Shown here: one piece after another, positions 1 through 9,891 of the stretch
Position numbering within the stretch: position 1 is the stretch's first letter
Layout: every line of letters starts with the position of its first letter
Translations under genes and position numbers: made by a program
Assembly: GCA_002773795.1 (NCBI GenBank)
Contig: PFAD01000018.1
Span: 26,023-90,022, forward strand
DNA length: 64,000 nucleotides
Source of the DNA: Chlamydiae bacterium CG10_big_fil_rev_8_21_14_0_10_42_34
GTDB lineage: Bacteria; Chlamydiota; Chlamydiia; Chlamydiales; SM23-39
Direction: 5' to 3'
The notes under the pieces: generated by a model
What the model was told of the DNA's origin: nothing
Database searches by the model: none
The model's input: only the letters and a program-made list of their open reading frames with translations

Positions 1-869
1 CCTCTTAAGGTTTTATGGGTCGTTGTCGTTACGATATGGGCAAATGGGATTGGATCAAAATTGCCTTTCATCACTTTCCCAGCAACAAGACCTGCAAAGT
101 GGGCCATATCAACCATGAGAACAGCCCCTACGCTATCTGCAATTTCTCTCATCTTAGCAAAATCGATCAACCGGGGATAAGCAGAGTAACCGGCGATCAA
201 AATAAGAGGCTTTTCCCTTTTCACTTGATCGCTTAATTTAACATAGTCGATGAGTCCTGTTTTCGGATCGACATCATAGCTGAGCGCCTCGAACATTTTG
301 GCCGAAATATTATGGCGATATCCGTGAGTTAAGTGCCCTCCTGAACCAAGAGACAGGCCCATGATTTTCTGACTCACAAGCAGCTGGCGAATGCGCTCGT
401 ACTCTTCTTTACTCAACTCATCAATACTTTTTTTACCCAACTTCTCTACTTCTTTAGATTGGACTTTGTGGACCAAAATAGACCAAAAAGCAACTAAGTT
501 AGCATCTGCGCCAGAGTGGGGCTGAACATAGGCATGGTCTGCATTAAAGATTTTTTTTGCCCAATCGACGGCAACGCCTTCGATCGAGTCGATATTTTCA
601 CACCCAGCATAAAATCGATGACCTACATAGCCTTCGCTATATTTATCTGTGAGTAAATTCCCCATTGCAAGCTGAACAGGAAGTGAAGAAAAATTTTCAG
701 ATGCGATTAATTTGAGATGAGATCTTTGATCTTTCAGCTCATGAACAATCGAATCTGTAATTTCTGGAGACTGAGCTCCAACAGCATCTAAGCTGGCCAT
801 AAAAGCGATGGCAGCTGAGGTACGCTTGTTTTCTGGCACTTTGGTAAAGTAGTTTTTTAAATATGACAT
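1..869 (-). CDS. glyA: Serine hydroxymethyltransferase (5' part; runs off window start)
   Basis: Manual translation of the minus strand from ATG 869 gives ...LIAGYSAYPRLIDFAKMREIADSVGAVLMVDMAHFAGLVAG...IVTTTTHKTLR, the SHMT PLP-binding motifs. Absent from the ORF track because no stop lies in the window. Confidence 0.95.
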   Translation of the reverse strand, partial: MSYLKNYFTKVPENKRTSAAIAFMASLDAVGAQSPEITDSIVHELKDQRSHLKLIASENFSSLPVQLAMGNLLTDKYSEGYVGHRFYAGCENIDSIEGVAVDWAKKIFNADHAYVQPHSGADANLVAFWSILVHKVQSKEVEKLGKKSIDELSKEEYERIRQLLVSQKIMGLSLGSGGHLTHGYRHNISAKMFEALSYDVDPKTGLIDYVKLSDQVKREKPLILIAGYSAYPRLIDFAKMREIADSVGAVLMVDMAHFAGLVAGKVMKGNFDPIPFAHIVTTTTHKTLR

Positions 870-995
870 TTTTTCACTCTTTATAGGGAAATCTTCTAGT
901 TGCATGGGCCACTCCTGAGGATTTACTTGCGAGATTTAGCTCATAAACATTATAGTATCCCCAACAATCCTATTATTTTCCAGAGGTTCCAAAAC

Positions 996-1763
996 ATGTT
1001 GCAAAACCTGAAAGTCATTTTAGATATTCAAGAACTCGATATGAAGATGATCCGCCTTATGCGTCTGAAGAAGGAGCGGCTTAAAGAGATCGAGCATATC
1101 GATTCGCTGCGCCAAGAGCTTCAGAAGCAGCAGGTTGAAAAACAAGACGAGATCGCTGAGCTCAGCCGCACTATCTCCAATCAAGAAGATAAGATAACTG
1201 AGATCAAAGAAAGACTCAAAAAGTTAGAAACAAAACAAAATTCAGTCAAAAAAGTTGATGAATTTAACGCATTGACTCATGAGATGACGACATCTGAGCG
1301 CGAAAGAATCGCAACAGAGCAGATCACCTCAGATCTCATCGACAAGCGCAACTTAGAAGAAGAGATCCTCGGCAAAATCAAAGAATCGCTTGAACAGTCA
1401 GAAGAGAGCAGCCGTAACCTCGAAAACGAGATCAAAGAGAGCATCCGCCTTATCAATTTAGAGGGAAGCGATCTAAAAGTGTCTCGCGACGAGATGGCAA
1501 AGACTGCTGAACCTGAAGTTCTTCGCATCTATCAGCGCCTTTTGAATAACAAGAAAGACCGCGTAGTAGTACCTATCGAAAACCGCACATGTTCTGGATG
1601 CCATATTGCTCTTACAGCACAACACGAAAACGTTGTCCGTAAAGGCGAAAGACTCACTTTCTGTGAACATTGCTCTCGCATCCACTACTGGCAAGAGAGT
1701 GCAGCGATCGAAGGAACTGCAGTTGCAACAAAACGACGCAGACGCAAAGCTGCCGGCGTATAA
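996..1763 (+). CDS. cdsZ: Coiled-coil/C4 zinc-ribbon protein (DUF164; chlamydial CT398/CdsZ-like)
   Basis: Long coiled coil followed by CSGC...CEHC zinc ribbon; ATG 996 (MLQNLKVILDIQELD). Confidence 0.85.
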   Translation: MLQNLKVILDIQELDMKMIRLMRLKKERLKEIEHIDSLRQELQKQQVEKQDEIAELSRTISNQEDKITEIKERLKKLETKQNSVKKVDEFNALTHEMTTSERERIATEQITSDLIDKRNLEEEILGKIKESLEQSEESSRNLENEIKESIRLINLEGSDLKVSRDEMAKTAEPEVLRIYQRLLNNKKDRVVVPIENRTCSGCHIALTAQHENVVRKGERLTFCEHCSRIHYWQESAAIEGTAVATKRRRRKAAGV

Positions 1764-1768
1764 TTTTT

Positions 1769-2089
1769 TCGGGAAGGCAGGCCATCGCACCTATACAACT
1801 AGGTGAGGAAAGTCTGGACTTCACAGGAAAGGATACCAGTTAACGGCTGGGCATCGCAAGATGACGGAAAGTGCAACAGAGACTATACCATTAGGTTGAA
1901 AAGTTCGAGTTGTAGACTCGATCGCACTCCGGGCAACCGGGGGCGTTGTAAACCCTATCCGAAGCAAGGTCAAATATGGGGAGCGTATTTCCGCGCGATG
2001 ACCCCTAAGCTGATCGCTTGAGGGACTTGGTAACAAGTCCCCTAGAGGAATGATGGCTCACGACAGAATCCGGCTTATCGCCTTCCCGA
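1769..2089 (+). ncRNA. rnpB: RNase P RNA (bacterial type A)
   Basis: Conserved elements GAGGAAAGTCTGG, GAAAGTGCAACAG, GTAAACCC...GAAGCAAG and ACAGAATCCGGCTTAT; the 5' end (TCGGGAAGGC) and 3' end (GCCTTCCCGA) pair as P1. Confidence 0.93.
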
Positions 2090-2147
2090 TTTTTCTTTAA
2101 AACGGCCACAAAATGGGACCCGTTTTATCAAACCTTCTCACTTTTCT

Positions 2148-3524
2148 CTAAAACTTATTCAACCATGTTTTCTTTTTGTACAGACAGAGGAAAAAGGCAG
2201 GAGAGATTAGAACGATATTGCCGCAAGCAATGAGCAAAGCATATCTGACTGTAGAGCCCGCATTGATACTGTCTGGCGGGAAATATCCCACAATGATCGT
2301 AACGATACACCCAACCAGACCCATTGCGCACGCAAGCCGTCTTGTCCCTCGAGGAATCCGATAAGAAAAAGCCTCCGTAGGGCGACCTATTTTAAGAGCT
2401 GAAGCAAATAGCAGGACATACATAATCATATAAAGCTCTGTACTAAGAGCTGTTAAAAACCAATAAAACGCATTGATCGAAGGCATTAAAGTGAAAACCA
2501 AGCAAAAAAGACTCACCAAAATCCCCTGAATAAAAAGAAGTCTCACAGGGACATCATGACGGTTTTTCTTACAGAAAAAGGGAGGCAAAAATCCGTGCTC
2601 TGCCGCCTGAAGCAGCCCCTTTGCAGGAGAAAGGAGCCAGTTGATCATTCCACCAATGCTTCCTGTAATAATAAGGAGAGTCAAAATTGGGACAAACCAT
2701 GGGATATTAAATGCGGTAAAAAACTGACTAAAGGTTTGCATAATCCCATCAACAAGGCGAATCTCGTTTTCAGGGATGACTACTGCAATAGAAAGGGCGC
2801 CAAAGAGCATTGTTGCAAGTAAAATAATGACCGACAGACCCATTGCTTTGGGGAAATTCTTTTGGGGATTGGAGATATCTCCGACGTGAACACCAGCGAG
2901 CTCCATCCCTAAAAATGAGGCCATGATAGCAACAAGCGAGACCCAATTTTCAGAGCCAGCTAAAGTAGGGAGCATATTTTGAACGTCAAATTCAATTTGG
3001 ACCGGCTTTCCCAAAAAGATCCAGATGAGTCCCAACAAAATCAAAAAGCACATCGGAATCAATAGTCCAACGATGCCGCAAACTGAATTAATTCGGGCCG
3101 AAACATGGATCCCCCTTAAGTTCAAAAAAGTGAGCCCCCAAAATACAGTGAGGATCACCGAGACTAAAAAGACCTTGTTTTGCGCAAGAGCAGGATCAAA
3201 AAGGTACGCTGCAGTGCCTGCGATAAAAGAAAGAATGGTCGGATACCAGACCATCGTATTGATCCATTGGAGCCAAATGGCAACCAAAGCCGTTTTTTCC
3301 CCAAAAGCGCTCCTCACCCAATGAAAGACTCCCCCTTTTTCCGAAAAACGGGAGGTAAACTCTGCAGCAATGAGTGAAATAGGGATTAAAAAAATCACTG
3401 CTGACAAGAGAAAAAAAAAGATCAATGAGCTTCCGAAAATTGCCGTTGCGGGTAAATTCCGGATGCTATCGATCGCAGCTACGATGAGTAGGACTAAAGA
3501 AAATAGGCTGATCTTTTTATTCAT
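2148..3524 (-). CDS. APC-family amino acid permease/antiporter (GadC/AaxC-like)
   Basis: About 12 TM helices; GGVFHWVRSAFG and FLGMELAG motifs. Confidence 0.85.
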   Translation of the reverse strand: MNKKISLFSLVLLIVAAIDSIRNLPATAIFGSSLIFFFLLSAVIFLIPISLIAAEFTSRFSEKGGVFHWVRSAFGEKTALVAIWLQWINTMVWYPTILSFIAGTAAYLFDPALAQNKVFLVSVILTVFWGLTFLNLRGIHVSARINSVCGIVGLLIPMCFLILLGLIWIFLGKPVQIEFDVQNMLPTLAGSENWVSLVAIMASFLGMELAGVHVGDISNPQKNFPKAMGLSVIILLATMLFGALSIAVVIPENEIRLVDGIMQTFSQFFTAFNIPWFVPILTLLIITGSIGGMINWLLSPAKGLLQAAEHGFLPPFFCKKNRHDVPVRLLFIQGILVSLFCLVFTLMPSINAFYWFLTALSTELYMIMYVLLFASALKIGRPTEAFSYRIPRGTRRLACAMGLVGCIVTIIVGYFPPDSINAGSTVRYALLIACGNIVLISPAFFLCLYKKKTWLNKF

Positions 3525-3571
3525 AGAAGCATTTTATAAGATCATCCCAAAATTTTACATACAAATGAATT

Positions 3572-4702
3572 TTAGAAATCGAGCTCGAAATTAATGGTTA
3601 TCCCTTCCATCGTTAATGGCTGATTGCCTACCGTAGGCAGAGGAGTAATCAGCGTGCTTGTAGCTTGAAGTTGCAAGGGCAAGTTAAATTGATTCCACCA
3701 GTGGTTGGTCTCCCACAAAACAGACATTTTATAGAACATTTTTTCACACCACATACAAGTTTGCCACTGAAGTCCAAGAGCTAATTGAAGGGTGGGAACA
3801 AGCTGATAGTAGTTATTCTCACAGCTGCTATTTGTTGTCTCTACAGATGTTTGAGCAACTACATGTTTCGATACGCTTAGCGCTTTATTTTCACCATAAA
3901 GAAGCGCCCCAGACACTTTGCTGAGAAAGCCAAACCCTTGACTAAAGTTTAACTGGGCATCAAGACCCACTCTTGGCCCTAACCCCCAATAGTTATTCTT
4001 ACCGTTAAATCTCACCTCAGAATTTACTGGTAAAGGGACCGATCTTAAATTGTTGTAGAAGTGATTTTTAAAGGTTTGATACAACGTTCCTCCTCTCACC
4101 CCCCAGCAGGGACGAACAGAGATTGTTCTTGTAATCTGGATCAATCTTCCGATTTCAAGATCACACATATTTAAGTGAAACAGCGTGCTTAACGATGCTG
4201 TTGCGAAGCGATCATTTAGATCTTGAAGCCATACAGGAAAAAAGCCTGTCGTGCTGGCAATTTTTTCTTTTGCATGGTTGTTGTAGCATGTGTAGTTTAA
4301 AAGTACGTCCCAAAAATCATATCTACAATTTCTCCCGATCCCAAAACGAAAGCCTCTATCCCATTCGGGATCAATCCGAATAATTGATCCAAAGTTTTGA
4401 TTGTCTCCCACCGTTCCTGCCGGAGTAATGACAGTTGAAATCTCGTAAGCAGAGCTAAACCCGTTATTCTCAGCTCTCCAATAGATAAAATCAGAGGTGA
4501 TATAAAAGCTGCCGCAATTCATATTCGAGCACCCTTTCGGATTGCACGGATTGAATTCCCAACAACATTTTGGCGGCGGGACGCAGCACTCTTTCGGTTT
4601 AGCTGGAGCGCAACTTGACTCTTCATTTACATAATCATCGTCAGCTCTTGCCGACACAACAAAGAGGAGAAGAGTTAGGATTGAAAAAAACTTTCGGGAC
4701 AT
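3572..4702 (-). CDS. MOMP-like outer-membrane porin (Lpg1974-like family) with Cys-rich N-terminus
   Basis: Signal peptide, DFIYWRA...WDRGFRFGIG beta-strand pattern, C-terminal Phe (FELDF); paralog of the next gene. Confidence 0.75.
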   Translation of the reverse strand: MSRKFFSILTLLLFVVSARADDDYVNEESSCAPAKPKECCVPPPKCCWEFNPCNPKGCSNMNCGSFYITSDFIYWRAENNGFSSAYEISTVITPAGTVGDNQNFGSIIRIDPEWDRGFRFGIGRNCRYDFWDVLLNYTCYNNHAKEKIASTTGFFPVWLQDLNDRFATASLSTLFHLNMCDLEIGRLIQITRTISVRPCWGVRGGTLYQTFKNHFYNNLRSVPLPVNSEVRFNGKNNYWGLGPRVGLDAQLNFSQGFGFLSKVSGALLYGENKALSVSKHVVAQTSVETTNSSCENNYYQLVPTLQLALGLQWQTCMWCEKMFYKMSVLWETNHWWNQFNLPLQLQATSTLITPLPTVGNQPLTMEGITINFELDF

Positions 4703-4763
4703 GTGCAGCCATAATAAAAAGGTTTAAAAAACATTCTATAGAAAGCTGCAAAATTTTTGAACG

Positions 4764-4797
4764 CAAAAAAAAACCCCGTTTTTTCAAACGGGGTTTT
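4764..4797. terminator. Intrinsic terminator between the two porin genes
   Basis: A-run then CCCCGTTT-TTTC-AAACGGGG hairpin and TTTT; the A-run gives a U-tail on the minus strand. Confidence 0.7.
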
Positions 4798-4824
4798 CCT
4801 TTTACTTGAGGCTTTTCATTCCTC

Positions 4825-5976
4825 TTAGAAATCTAACTCAAAATTCAGAGTTAAACCTTCCATTGTCAATGGCTGGTTTCCAACTGTTGGAATTGGAGGA
4901 ATTGCTGTAATTTGTCCAACAGGTAAGTTGAACTGATTCCACCAATAGTTACCTTCCCAAGAAGCGCTCATTTTGTAGAACAACTTCTCGCACCAAAAGC
5001 AAGTTTGCCACTGCAAACCTAAGCTAAGCTGTAGGTTCGGAACTAACTGATCAAAGTTATCTGTAAAATTACTTTGCGTTGTTAAATTAGCGCTTGCAGG
5101 ATCTGCTGTTGAAAGGATATGAGAACTAGTGCTATTTGCTCTTGTTTTACCATACAGCAAAGCTCCAGCAAGTTTACCCAGCACGCTAAATCCATAACAA
5201 ACATCCATTTGTCCATCGACACCTGCGCGAGGTCCAACACCCCAATATTTATTTTTTCCATTAAAATGGATTTCTAAAGGAGTCCCGCTTTCAGCCCCAG
5301 TAATTAATAACTCACTTAAGTGACTACGGAAGCTTTGATTGATGCTTCCCCCTCTTACACCCCAATATGGACGGATAGCAACAGTCTTTGTTAAATAAGT
5401 CATGCGACCTACTTCCAAATCTCCCATATTCATGACGAAGTGGACGTTCCCTTTGATCGTACCAAAACGACCTTCTGGTGTTATTGGCGCCCAAACGTTC
5501 ATAAACCCAGTCGTACTTGTATTTGTGTTTTTTGTGTGGTTTGCGTACCAAGTATAATTTAAGAAAAGATCCCAAAAATCATGCTTTGTATTCCAGCCAA
5601 GACCTACTCTAAAGCCAGGATCCCAATCCGGTTTTACCCGAACCACTTTTCCAACATTTTGATCATCCGCAGGTGAAGCAACATCTGCCGCAAGAGCAGT
5701 TGTTAGTTCATAACCATAGCTAAATCCATGGTTTTCTGCTCTCCAATAAAGGAAATCGGCAGTCCCATAAAAGCCACCGCAGTTCATATCTGCACATCCC
5801 TTAGGATTGCATGGATTAAAGTTCCAGCAGCACTTAGCTGGCGGATTGCAGCAAGGTTTCGGCTTGCAAACAGGTTCACACTTTGGAGCGCAGTGCGTAT
5901 TCGCACTTAACGCTCCAATACTTCCTGAAACTGCAACAAAGGCAATTGCCAGGATCGGAAAAATTCTTCTTAACAT
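4825..5976 (-). CDS. MOMP-like outer-membrane porin (Lpg1974-like family) with Cys-rich N-terminus
   Basis: Signal peptide, DFLYWRAE...WDPGFRVGLG, C-terminal FELDF; ATG 5976 follows a GAGG SD. Confidence 0.75.
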   Translation of the reverse strand: MLRRIFPILAIAFVAVSGSIGALSANTHCAPKCEPVCKPKPCCNPPAKCCWNFNPCNPKGCADMNCGGFYGTADFLYWRAENHGFSYGYELTTALAADVASPADDQNVGKVVRVKPDWDPGFRVGLGWNTKHDFWDLFLNYTWYANHTKNTNTSTTGFMNVWAPITPEGRFGTIKGNVHFVMNMGDLEVGRMTYLTKTVAIRPYWGVRGGSINQSFRSHLSELLITGAESGTPLEIHFNGKNKYWGVGPRAGVDGQMDVCYGFSVLGKLAGALLYGKTRANSTSSHILSTADPASANLTTQSNFTDNFDQLVPNLQLSLGLQWQTCFWCEKLFYKMSASWEGNYWWNQFNLPVGQITAIPPIPTVGNQPLTMEGLTLNFELDF

Positions 5977-6043
5977 AACCAACCTCAATAAAAGGATTAC
6001 ATAATTCCACGCATAGTAGAATTACATAATTATGTAAACTTTT

Positions 6044-6910
6044 TTATGCTCGAGGGTGCGTCTTGTCGTAGACCGCCCTCTTTAGTTTTGGCGAAACGTG
6101 GGTGTAAATCGTTGTGGTTGCAAGAGATGTGTGACCTAAAATCATCTGAATTGTTTTTAAGTCCATCCCATTTTCCAGCCAGTGGGTGGCAATAGTATGA
6201 CGAATTGTGTGAGGGGTCACCCTCTCGGAAAGTCCACTTAACTTTAAATAATTGGCAAAGTTCCGATCAACTGAGCGGGGAGTCAAGCGGGTCCCCCTTT
6301 TGTTTAGAAAAATAGCTTGGGAATCTAACTCATCTCTTTCGGGATGATTGAGATATCGAACCAGCCAATCGGCCGCCGTCTGCGTAATCGGCGCCTGTCT
6401 TTGCTTTTTCCCTTTCCCAAAAATATTTAAAACCAGCCCCTTAGCATCAAAATCGCGTCGATTTAGACCAGTCACCTCGCTCAATCTAAGACCTGAGCTG
6501 TAAAACAATTCCATAATTGCTCGATCCCTAAAGCCGAGGTAACTCGATAGATCTGGCTGACTAAAGAGGTGCTGGATCTGATCATAGTTAATAGAGACAG
6601 GGAGTCTTTTCTCCTTTTTAGGGCTATCGATCTCCTCTAGGGGATTTTCGCTAACCCACTTTTCTCGGATCGCATGGCGGTAGAAACTTCTTAAAGAAGA
6701 TAGACGACGTAAGACAGTCCGAGTACTCATCTTATTTTCATAAAGATGGGCAAGATAGCGCCTTATCGACCGTTTTGTAACAGACTCCCCATCTAAGAAG
6801 TTCAAAAAAGAGGTTAAATCGAGCCGATACCCTCTGATTGTATGAGTAGATGCACCTTTTGCAAGATGCAAGTGCGATAAAAATTGCTCGACAGCCTTGA
6901 AAAGGTCCAT
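6044..6910 (-). CDS. xerC: Tyrosine recombinase XerC
   Basis: LFYSSGLRLSE, GKGKKQR, TPHTIRHTIATH and LGH...TTIYT catalytic motifs; housekeeping context next to an ABC-F. Confidence 0.85.
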   Translation of the reverse strand: MDLFKAVEQFLSHLHLAKGASTHTIRGYRLDLTSFLNFLDGESVTKRSIRRYLAHLYENKMSTRTVLRRLSSLRSFYRHAIREKWVSENPLEEIDSPKKEKRLPVSINYDQIQHLFSQPDLSSYLGFRDRAIMELFYSSGLRLSEVTGLNRRDFDAKGLVLNIFGKGKKQRQAPITQTAADWLVRYLNHPERDELDSQAIFLNKRGTRLTPRSVDRNFANYLKLSGLSERVTPHTIRHTIATHWLENGMDLKTIQMILGHTSLATTTIYTHVSPKLKRAVYDKTHPRA

Positions 6911-6934
6911 AGGTTTATGGTATCATTTTTCTTT

Positions 6935-8527
6935 ATGATTACATTAGAAAATATTTCAAAGAAAATTGGAAGTCGCACTCTTTTTGAAGATGTGGCCTTC
7001 ACCTTTAATGATGGATGCCGATACGGGTTAACCGGCCCAAATGGCTGTGGAAAATCGACCTTGCTCAAGATTATCATGGGCGTCGAGCCGCAAACAACAG
7101 GGATCGTCTCTTTACCTAAAAAAGTGGGTTTCCTCAAGCAACGTATCGAAGATTTTAGAGATCACACCGTATTAAATACAGTGATCATGGGCAATAGCCG
7201 CCTATGGGCTGCGCTAGCTGAACGAGATCGCCTCTATGAAGAAGAGATGACTGATGCAATTGGAATGCGACTTGGTGAGCTTGAAGAAGTCATTGCAGAT
7301 GAAGATGGCTACTCAGCGGAATCAGAGGCAGAAATCGTCCTTATTGGAATGGGGATCCCAGAAGAGCTCCACCAAAAAAAAATGCATGAAATCCCGACCG
7401 ACCGGCAATTTCGAGCGCTCCTATGCCAAGCTCTTTTCGGCCACCCCGAAGCGCTCCTACTCGACGAACCGACAAACCACCTTGACCTTGAATCAATCTC
7501 TTGGCTTGAAGGGTTTCTCCACAATTATAACGGAACGCTTGTCGTAGTCAGTCACGACCGCCATTTTCTCAACTCGATTTGTACGCACATTGCCGATATC
7601 GATTATGAAACAATCATCACATATCCGGGAAATTACGATGCGATGTATGAAACAAAGACAGCGATGCGATCAAGAGCAGAAGATGAAAACAAATCCAAAG
7701 AGAAAAAAATCTCACAATTGAAAGATTTCGTTGCAAAGTTCGGCGCAGGAACAAGGGCCAGCCAAGTGCAGTCCCGCGTTCGTGAAATCGACCGACTTCA
7801 ACCTACTGAGTTGAAAAAGTCAAACATCCAACGCCCCTACATACGCTTTCCCGTTCCTGAAAAGCAATCTGGCCAAGTAGTTCTTAAGGGACAAAACCTC
7901 ACCAAAGGCTACGGCAACGGCCCAGTCATTAAAGATTTTTCTTTTGAGATCCATAGAGGCGATAAAATCGCAGTGATCGGAAATAACGGAAGAGGAAAAA
8001 CAACTCTACTCAAGATGCTAGCAGGACTTCTAACGCCAGATAGCGGCACGCTCACAATTGGCCACGGCGTAAACGCAGGCTATTTCCCGCAAAATCACGG
8101 CGAAGTCCTCAATAAACATAGCAAAGAGACAGCTTTTGATTGGTTAAAGAGCCGTAAAGAGATCGTTTTCGATCAAGACGTGCGAGGGATTTTAGGAAAA
8201 ATGCTCTTTGGGGGTGACGATGCATTTAAGCCGCTGCCCAATCTTTCTGGAGGAGAGGCTGCTCGCCTAATCATCGGAGGACTGATCCTTACCACTCCAA
8301 ATACACTCATCTTTGACGAGCCAAACGGACACTTGGATCTTGAAGCTGTATCTGCACTTGCTTGGGGAATCGACGATTTTAAAGGAACTGCCATCGTCGC
8401 AACGCACGATAGGGATTTGATCAACGGTTTTGCAAAAAAAATCATTGCGCTTGAAAGCGACGGCATTCATTTCCATGCAGGGCCTTTAGAAGAATACTTA
8501 GAAAAGAAAAAAGCGCTCTCAAAATGA
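6935..8527 (+). CDS. ABC-F family ATPase (YbiT-like)
   Basis: Two ABC domains (GPNGCGKST, GNNGRGKTT; LLLDEPTNHLD) and no TM segments. Confidence 0.9.
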   Translation: MITLENISKKIGSRTLFEDVAFTFNDGCRYGLTGPNGCGKSTLLKIIMGVEPQTTGIVSLPKKVGFLKQRIEDFRDHTVLNTVIMGNSRLWAALAERDRLYEEEMTDAIGMRLGELEEVIADEDGYSAESEAEIVLIGMGIPEELHQKKMHEIPTDRQFRALLCQALFGHPEALLLDEPTNHLDLESISWLEGFLHNYNGTLVVVSHDRHFLNSICTHIADIDYETIITYPGNYDAMYETKTAMRSRAEDENKSKEKKISQLKDFVAKFGAGTRASQVQSRVREIDRLQPTELKKSNIQRPYIRFPVPEKQSGQVVLKGQNLTKGYGNGPVIKDFSFEIHRGDKIAVIGNNGRGKTTLLKMLAGLLTPDSGTLTIGHGVNAGYFPQNHGEVLNKHSKETAFDWLKSRKEIVFDQDVRGILGKMLFGGDDAFKPLPNLSGGEAARLIIGGLILTTPNTLIFDEPNGHLDLEAVSALAWGIDDFKGTAIVATHDRDLINGFAKKIIALESDGIHFHAGPLEEYLEKKKALSK

Positions 8528-8907
8528 CCGAACTGATCTATTTAGCCTGCCCTTTTCGTCACACAGACCCTACTGTACAGCGGAAGCGTTGCGCCGCAGT
8601 CCATTACACGGCGGCACAACTGTCTTTGAAGGGACACCACGTGTTTTCTCCCCTTACGCATAACGAAACTCTAATTGACATTCTCAACGACAGTCTTCCC
8701 GGCGAACATTGGATGCAATTTGATCTTGCCATATTGGCGGCATGCAAACATCTTTACGTTTTAAAGATGCAAGACTGGCAATTATCGAAGGGAGTCCAAA
8801 GAGAAATTGCCTTTGCGAAAGAAAGAGGGATCACCGTCCATGAAATTGATCCCCCAGAAGAAAGCGAATATATTTCCCTCGTAAAAACAGACCCTATTTC
8901 TCAATAA
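8524..8907 (+). CDS. DUF1937 / nucleoside 2-deoxyribosyltransferase-like protein
   Basis: IYLACPF...VFSPLTH...W..FD..IL..C...SKGVQREI..A pattern; ATGA overlap with the ABC-F gene. Confidence 0.7.
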   Translation: MTELIYLACPFRHTDPTVQRKRCAAVHYTAAQLSLKGHHVFSPLTHNETLIDILNDSLPGEHWMQFDLAILAACKHLYVLKMQDWQLSKGVQREIAFAKERGITVHEIDPPEESEYISLVKTDPISQ

Positions 8908-9737
8908 ACGTGACAAGAAACGTAGTCATACCCTTTCTTTTTGTAGTCTTTCACCTGATCTAAAGACTCAATATTTTTCCACTTTAATTTTCTTAAATGA
9001 GCTTGGTCTGTCCGCATAAATACAAAGTTAAAATAGATCTCGTATTCAGACAAACACGATCTTTTTACCTCCTTGTAGTCGATACACCGAGCGATTGCTT
9101 TCCAAGGTTTTATCCCATGAACCCTAGAGATCTGATCGAATAGATCTTCGAGAATCGGTCTTTGAAATAGCATGTGGTGACAAATTCCAGAATGCTTTGG
9201 AAACACCTTTCGAAAACCTGGGAGTAACCTTTGTGCATGATCGAAATACGGCGGATAATACTCTTTGCCCGGATTAAAAAAGGGCTCTCCACTAGAGGAC
9301 AAAAAAGCGGTTGGCTTTAGAAATATCGTATCCGCATCAAGGATCAGTATATTCGATGAAATGTTCGGGATCACTGAAAAAGCATAGAGCTTGAGAAACT
9401 GTTGATAAATCCAGCCAATGCGGCAAAGCCCTCGATGCATCTTCTCCTCTTTCCCACGATAGATCTCTCGAAGAAGATCATCTTTGCTAAACGGGAAGTT
9501 ATTTTCATCAAACCACTCTGCGTTCATCGTTAATGGTTCAGAAGAGACAACAATCACCCTCCCGATGTTGAGACCATACTTCCGGATCGCCTTCACACAC
9601 CTTTCTAGTGACCCACAATCTTTCTTGTGGCACGGAATGACCACATCGATCGGCTCTAAAGAGAGTGGATAGACAGTCTTTGAAAAATCGGCAAACAAGC
9701 TTGCAGCCACTAAACTTAAAAATAGGATGAATCTCAC
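8901..9737 (-). CDS. GT-A fold glycosyltransferase-like protein (DUF6492-like)
   Basis: Signal peptide; IDVVIPCHKKD, GWIYQQFLKL, LDADTIFLKP (DxD), SEYEIYFNF. Confidence 0.65.
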   Translation of the reverse strand: MRFILFLSLVAASLFADFSKTVYPLSLEPIDVVIPCHKKDCGSLERCVKAIRKYGLNIGRVIVVSSEPLTMNAEWFDENNFPFSKDDLLREIYRGKEEKMHRGLCRIGWIYQQFLKLYAFSVIPNISSNILILDADTIFLKPTAFLSSSGEPFFNPGKEYYPPYFDHAQRLLPGFRKVFPKHSGICHHMLFQRPILEDLFDQISRVHGIKPWKAIARCIDYKEVKRSCLSEYEIYFNFVFMRTDQAHLRKLKWKNIESLDQVKDYKKKGYDYVSCHVY

Positions 9738-9891
9738 CTAAAACCCCCTTAAAAAGGGGTAAACTTATATCTTTAAAATAGATTCTAAGTCAACTAGTGC
9801 AAAAAGATTCAAAAACGCAAGTGAAAAATAGGAGCAGGAAAATCTCATGTTAAGGTATTCTCTCAGCATTTTTCAACCTTTCAAAAGGCTT

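Noticed and set aside
1803-2036. ORFs 1803-2021 (+) and 1821-2036 (-)
   Set aside because: They lie inside the RNase P RNA gene.
6010-6041. Possible dif site next to xerC
   Set aside because: The arms resemble Xer boxes (CATAA/TTATGT) but the 6-bp central spacer is missing.
6044-6910. Tyrosine recombinase as a prophage or island integrase
   Set aside because: Size and context match housekeeping XerC; no phage genes or att repeats are visible.
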